A DNA stretch of 64,000 nucleotides from an uncultured bacterium (lineage in GTDB: Bacteria; Verrucomicrobiota; Verrucomicrobiia; Limisphaerales; UBA8199): contig CAVVMW010000006.1 of NCBI GenBank assembly GCA_963749495.1, positions 160,001-224,000 of the forward strand, given 5' to 3'. Below the pieces are notes generated by a model, which saw only the letters and a list, made by a program, of their open reading frames with translations, ran no database searches and was not told the origin of the DNA. The position numbers and the translations under genes are program-made. Below are positions 60,147 through 64,000 of this stretch, piece by piece. How positions within the stretch are numbered: the stretch's first letter is position 1; every line of letters begins with the position of its first letter.

Positions 60147-61874
60147 ATGGCTGAGGAAATCTCCAGTCCCCTCCTGGCGCTCGTCAAAAGCCAGGCCCTC
60201 ATCGATGACCTGCAGCATGAAGAGGTGGCCGCCGAGTTCAAGCGCACCGGCAAACCGGTCATGCAGATCCTCCAGGACTTCGGGGTCATGGATCTGGACA
60301 CCATCCTGCAGATCATCGCCGACCACTTCGCCACGCAGGTGGTCGCGTTGCGGGAGCGCGACCTGCCCCCCGACCTCATCCAGAGCATCCCCGCCAAGAC
60401 CGCCCGCATGTACCAGTGCCTGCCCGTCGCCCTCAAAGACGGCGCCTTGCAGGTCGCCCTGGTCGACCCCTTCAACGTCGGCCGCATCGACGAACTGAAC
60501 TTCGTCATCAAAAAAGACCTCCAACTGGTCGTCGCCGACCCGGCCCAGGTGGAAAAGGCCATCGAAAAATACTACCCCGCCGGCGAGGCGGGCGGCGTGG
60601 AGACAAGCGACAGCTTCTCGGAGTTGCTCAAGGAACTGGGCGCCGACAAGGAGATCGAGAAGGAAGTCACGACCGCCGTGGCCAGAGACGACAAGGCCAT
60701 GATGGAAGACCTGGCCAACCAGGCCCCGATCGTGCGGTTCGTCAACCTGGTCCTGTTCCAGGCGGTCCAGGACCGCGCCAGCGACATCCATTTCGAGCCC
60801 TTCGAGACGGACTTCCGCATCCGCTACCGCGTGGACGGCGCCCTCTACGAGATGTCGCCCCCGCCCAAGCAGTTGGCCCTGCCGGTCATCTCCCGCATCA
60901 AGGTCATGGCCAACCTCAACATCTCCGAGACCCGCATGCCCCAGGACGGGCGCATCAACTATTCCCTGGGCAATCGCTCGGTGGACCTGCGCGTCTCGAC
61001 CCTCCCCACCCAGTTCGGGGAATCGGTGGTGTTGCGCGTCCTGGACCGCAACGCCGTGAGCCTCGAACTGGAGGGCCTGGGCTTCCCGAAGTACCTCCAC
61101 GATTACCTCTCCGAGGCCATCCAGCGCCCCAACGGCATCTTGGTCGTCACAGGCCCGACCGGCTGCGGCAAGACCACTACCCTCTATTCCTGCCTGCGCC
61201 GCGTCAACACCATCGACTCCAAGCTCCTCACCGCCGAGGACCCCGTCGAATACGACATCGAGGGCATCATGCAGGTGGCCATCCACGAATCGGTCGGGCT
61301 GACCTTCAGCCGGGCGCTGCGCTCGTTCCTGCGCCAGGACCCGGACATCATCATGGTCGGGGAGATGCGCGACCTGGAGACGGCCCAGATCTCCATCCAG
61401 GCCTCGCTCACCGGCCACCTGGTGCTGACCACCCTCCACACCAACGACGCGCCGGGCGCGGTGACCCGCATGATCGACATGGGGGTCGAGCCGTTCCTCA
61501 TCTCCTCGACGATGGTGGCGGTGGTGGGCCAGCGCCTGGTCCGGACCATCTGCAAGAGCTGCCGCACTCCCTTCGAGCCGACCGAGAGCCAGTTGGCCCT
61601 GCTCAATCTCTCCCCGCACGACCTGGGCGACAAGGTCTTCTACTACGGCCGCGGTTGCTCGGTGTGCAACGACACGGGCTACCGCGGGCGCAAGGGCATT
61701 TTCGAGTTGCTGACCATCAACGACGCCATTCGCGCCCTCATCAATGAGCGCGCCCCGACGGTGGTGATGCGCCAGAAGGCCATCGAGATGGGCATGATCC
61801 CTTTGCGCGAGGATGGCTTGCGCAGCATTTTCGAGGGTGATACAACTATCGAAGAAATTGTCAAATACACATAG
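60147..61874 (+). CDS. pilB: Second GspE/PilB assembly ATPase
   Basis: [28 protein letters not shown] and two CxxC motifs. Confidence 0.92.
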   Translation: MAEEISSPLLALVKSQALIDDLQHEEVAAEFKRTGKPVMQILQDFGVMDLDTILQIIADHFATQVVALRERDLPPDLIQSIPAKTARMYQCLPVALKDGALQVALVDPFNVGRIDELNFVIKKDLQLVVADPAQVEKAIEKYYPAGEAGGVETSDSFSELLKELGADKEIEKEVTTAVARDDKAMMEDLANQAPIVRFVNLVLFQAVQDRASDIHFEPFETDFRIRYRVDGALYEMSPPPKQLALPVISRIKVMANLNISETRMPQDGRINYSLGNRSVDLRVSTLPTQFGESVVLRVLDRNAVSLELEGLGFPKYLHDYLSEAIQRPNGILVVTGPTGCGKTTTLYSCLRRVNTIDSKLLTAEDPVEYDIEGIMQVAIHESVGLTFSRALRSFLRQDPDIIMVGEMRDLETAQISIQASLTGHLVLTTLHTNDAPGAVTRMIDMGVEPFLISSTMVAVVGQRLVRTICKSCRTPFEPTESQLALLNLSPHDLGDKVFYYGRGCSVCNDTGYRGRKGIFELLTINDAIRALINERAPTVVMRQKAIEMGMIPLREDGLRSIFEGDTTIEEIVKYT

Positions 61875-61888
61875 CCGGAGGAACGAGT

Positions 61889-63196
61889 ATGCCGAGATAC
61901 AGTTACGTGGCGATGGATGCCCACGGCAAGGAAACCAAGGGCACCCTGGAGGTCGCCAGCCAGAACGAGGCCATCGCCCGCGTCAAGGAGATGAACCTCT
62001 ACCCCACCAAGATCGTCGAGGTCGACAAGCCCAGGCAGAAGGGCGACAAGAAGGCCAAACCCGCCGCCGCCGGCAAGAAGAAGGGCGGGGCGATGAACAT
62101 CAACATCAAGATCCCCGGCCTCAGCGGCAGAGTCAAATCCAAGTCCCTTTGCACCTTCACCCGCCAGTTGGCCACGCTGGTGAACGCCGGCCTGCCCCTG
62201 CTGCGCGGCTTGCGCGTGCTCGAAAAACAGGAGCGCAACCCCTCCCTCAAGGGCATCCTCGGCAACCTGGGCATGGCCATCGAGGGCGGCAGCACCTTTT
62301 CCGAGGCCCTGGCCCAGCACCCCAAGGTCTTCAACCGCCTCTTTGTCAACATGGTCAAGGCCGGCGAACTGGGCGGCGTGCTGGAAGTCGTGCTCACCCG
62401 CCTGGCCGAATTCATGGAGAAGGCCCAGAAGATCAAGGGCAAAGTCATCTCCGCCATGTTCTATCCCGTGGCCGTGCTCACCGTCGCCACCTGCATCATG
62501 TTCGTGCTGATGACTCTGGTCATTCCCAAGTTCAAGGAGGTCTTCGCCGGCCTGGCCGAAGGGAGGCAGTTGCCGGCCTGGACCCGCTTCGTCATGGCTT
62601 GCAGCGACATGGTCAAGAACCACATCGTCTATACGGGCATCGGCGTCGCCTCCTTCGTGGTGCTCTTCCTCCTGTTCAAGAGCACCAAGTTCGGCAGGCT
62701 GGCCTGGGACAAGTTCAAGCTCAAGATGCCGATCATCGGCCCGGTGATCAGCAAGGTCGCCATCTCGCGCTTCACCCGCACCCTGGGCACGCTGGTCAGC
62801 AGCGGCGTTCCCATCCTCCAGGCCCTGACCATCGTCAAAGAGACCGCCGGCAACGTCATCGTTAGCAATGCCGTCGCCTCCGTCCACGAAAGCGTCAAGG
62901 AAGGCGAGACCATCACCGCCCCGTTGGAGGCCTCCAATGTCTTCCCCCCCATGGTCATCAGCATGGTGGACGTCGGCGAACAAACCGGCGCCCTGCCCGA
63001 AATGCTCCTCAAGATAGCCGACACCTACGATGAAGAGGTGGACAACGCCGTGGCCGCCATGACCTCGCTGCTGGAGCCGATCATGATCGTCTGCCTGGCC
63101 GTCATCGTCGGCAGCATCGTCATCGCCATGTTCCTGCCCTTGATCAACCTTATGAACACCGTCGGCGACACCAGCGGCAGCAAGGACAAGGACTAG
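61889..63196 (+). CDS. pilC: Type IV pilus / T2SS F-family platform protein
   Basis: FTRQLATLVNAGLPL, GELGGVL, FTRTLGTLVSSGVPI and GEQTGAL..LLEP. Confidence 0.95.
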   Translation: MPRYSYVAMDAHGKETKGTLEVASQNEAIARVKEMNLYPTKIVEVDKPRQKGDKKAKPAAAGKKKGGAMNINIKIPGLSGRVKSKSLCTFTRQLATLVNAGLPLLRGLRVLEKQERNPSLKGILGNLGMAIEGGSTFSEALAQHPKVFNRLFVNMVKAGELGGVLEVVLTRLAEFMEKAQKIKGKVISAMFYPVAVLTVATCIMFVLMTLVIPKFKEVFAGLAEGRQLPAWTRFVMACSDMVKNHIVYTGIGVASFVVLFLLFKSTKFGRLAWDKFKLKMPIIGPVISKVAISRFTRTLGTLVSSGVPILQALTIVKETAGNVIVSNAVASVHESVKEGETITAPLEASNVFPPMVISMVDVGEQTGALPEMLLKIADTYDEEVDNAVAAMTSLLEPIMIVCLAVIVGSIVIAMFLPLINLMNTVGDTSGSKDKD

Positions 63197-63212
63197 GCCC
63201 GGAATCTCAAAA

Positions 63213-63971
63213 ATGTTAGGCTGGCTCACCCCAAGGGTGTTCCTGGGCCCGGCGCAGCGCCGGTTGGGGACTCGGGGCGTGCTGGTCTTTGCGTATCACA
63301 AGCTGGCCCCGCCCCCGCCGGCGTCCACTGACCCGTTTCTCTATCTGGCCCCGGACCGGTTCGAGGCGCAACTGGCTGCGTTGGAGCGGGACGGCTGGAC
63401 CTGCGCCACGCTGGCCGAGGCCCTCGCGACCGGGAGCAATGCGGCGCGCACGGTGGCGCTCACCTTCGATGACGGCGCCGCCAGCGTGTTGGAGCATGGG
63501 CTTGAGGCCCTGGCGCGGCACCGGTGCCGCGCCATCCAGTTCCTGGTCCCGGGCTTTCTGGGAGGCCGCAACGAGTGGGACGTGGCCAAGGGCGACGTGC
63601 CCGAAAGACTCATGGATGAGGCGCAGGTCCGCGACTGGCTGGCGGCGGGACATGACATCGGCTCGCACTCCATGACCCATCGCAACCTGCGGCACCTGGG
63701 ACCGGCCCAGGCGCGCCAGGAGATCGCCGGGAGCAAGAAGGCCCTCGAAGATCGCTTCGGCCTCGCTATCGAGCATTTCTGCTACCCGTACGGGTCCTGG
63801 AATCAAGCGGTGCGCAACCTGGCAGCCGAGGCCGGTTACCGAACCGCCTCCACCCTGCGCTTCGGTGTCAACACCCCGGAAACCCCCAGGCTCGAACTGA
63901 GGCGCATCTTTGCCCTCTCCACGCTCGACCTGCTCGCCAAGGCCCGCCACCGCTTGGCCAGGCGCGTTTAG
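63213..63971 (+). CDS. Polysaccharide deacetylase (CE4)
   Basis: AYHK, LTFDDG, IGSHSMTH and FCYPYG. Confidence 0.9.
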   Translation: MLGWLTPRVFLGPAQRRLGTRGVLVFAYHKLAPPPPASTDPFLYLAPDRFEAQLAALERDGWTCATLAEALATGSNAARTVALTFDDGAASVLEHGLEALARHRCRAIQFLVPGFLGGRNEWDVAKGDVPERLMDEAQVRDWLAAGHDIGSHSMTHRNLRHLGPAQARQEIAGSKKALEDRFGLAIEHFCYPYGSWNQAVRNLAAEAGYRTASTLRFGVNTPETPRLELRRIFALSTLDLLAKARHRLARRV

Positions 63972-64000
63972 TCCACAGTCCAGAGTTCACAGTCCAGAGT
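63970..64000. repeat. Heptamer tandem repeat running off the window edge
   Basis: AGTCCAC AGTCCAG AGTTCAC AGTCCAG AGT. Confidence 0.7.

Noticed and set aside
1..64000. tRNA, rRNA, prophage, reverse transcriptase, retron or DGR elements
   Set aside because: None recognised. The duplicated 54-bp fragment at 27148 shows no adenine-specific variation and no RT gene is present.

Overview
High-GC bacterial chromosomal window. The gene repertoire suggests Verrucomicrobiota, probably Pedosphaerales-like (inference from DUF1080 enzymes, a prepilin/H-X9-DG protein, a sedolisin with a C-terminal FYRV domain and the pilB-pilT-pilB-pilC order). In order it holds: an ABC/AAA ATPase plus DUF4276 pair; a porin-pstSCAB-phoU operon with a PHO-box; glycan-degrading genes (GH42, GH36, a gutted GH140-like gene, a pectate-lyase-3 fold protein and a transglutaminase-fold protein); a tandem IS pair inserted inside a palindromic repeat; an eroding TA/HNH/AlbA islet; MFS sugar porters; a MacAB-like ABC system; a gutted RAYT transposase; a sigma54-driven sedolisin; a late-flagellar module (fliD, two flagellins, a lipoprotein, flgM, fliS and an FlgN/FliT-like gene); and type IV pilus motor genes. 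Intergenic DNA is crowded with about 12 families of palindromic REP/MITE-like elements. About ten genes carry single-base frameshifts, which are probably long-read errors. The best candidate for an undescribed system is the flagellar module. It has six sigma28 promoters: one drives a gene-less, structured ~190-nt RNA with GGA loops and its own terminator, two drive conserved GGA-hairpin flagellin leaders that hide the Shine-Dalgarno, and one drives a probably leaderless lipoprotein. All family assignments come from motifs recognised by eye; no database searches were run.
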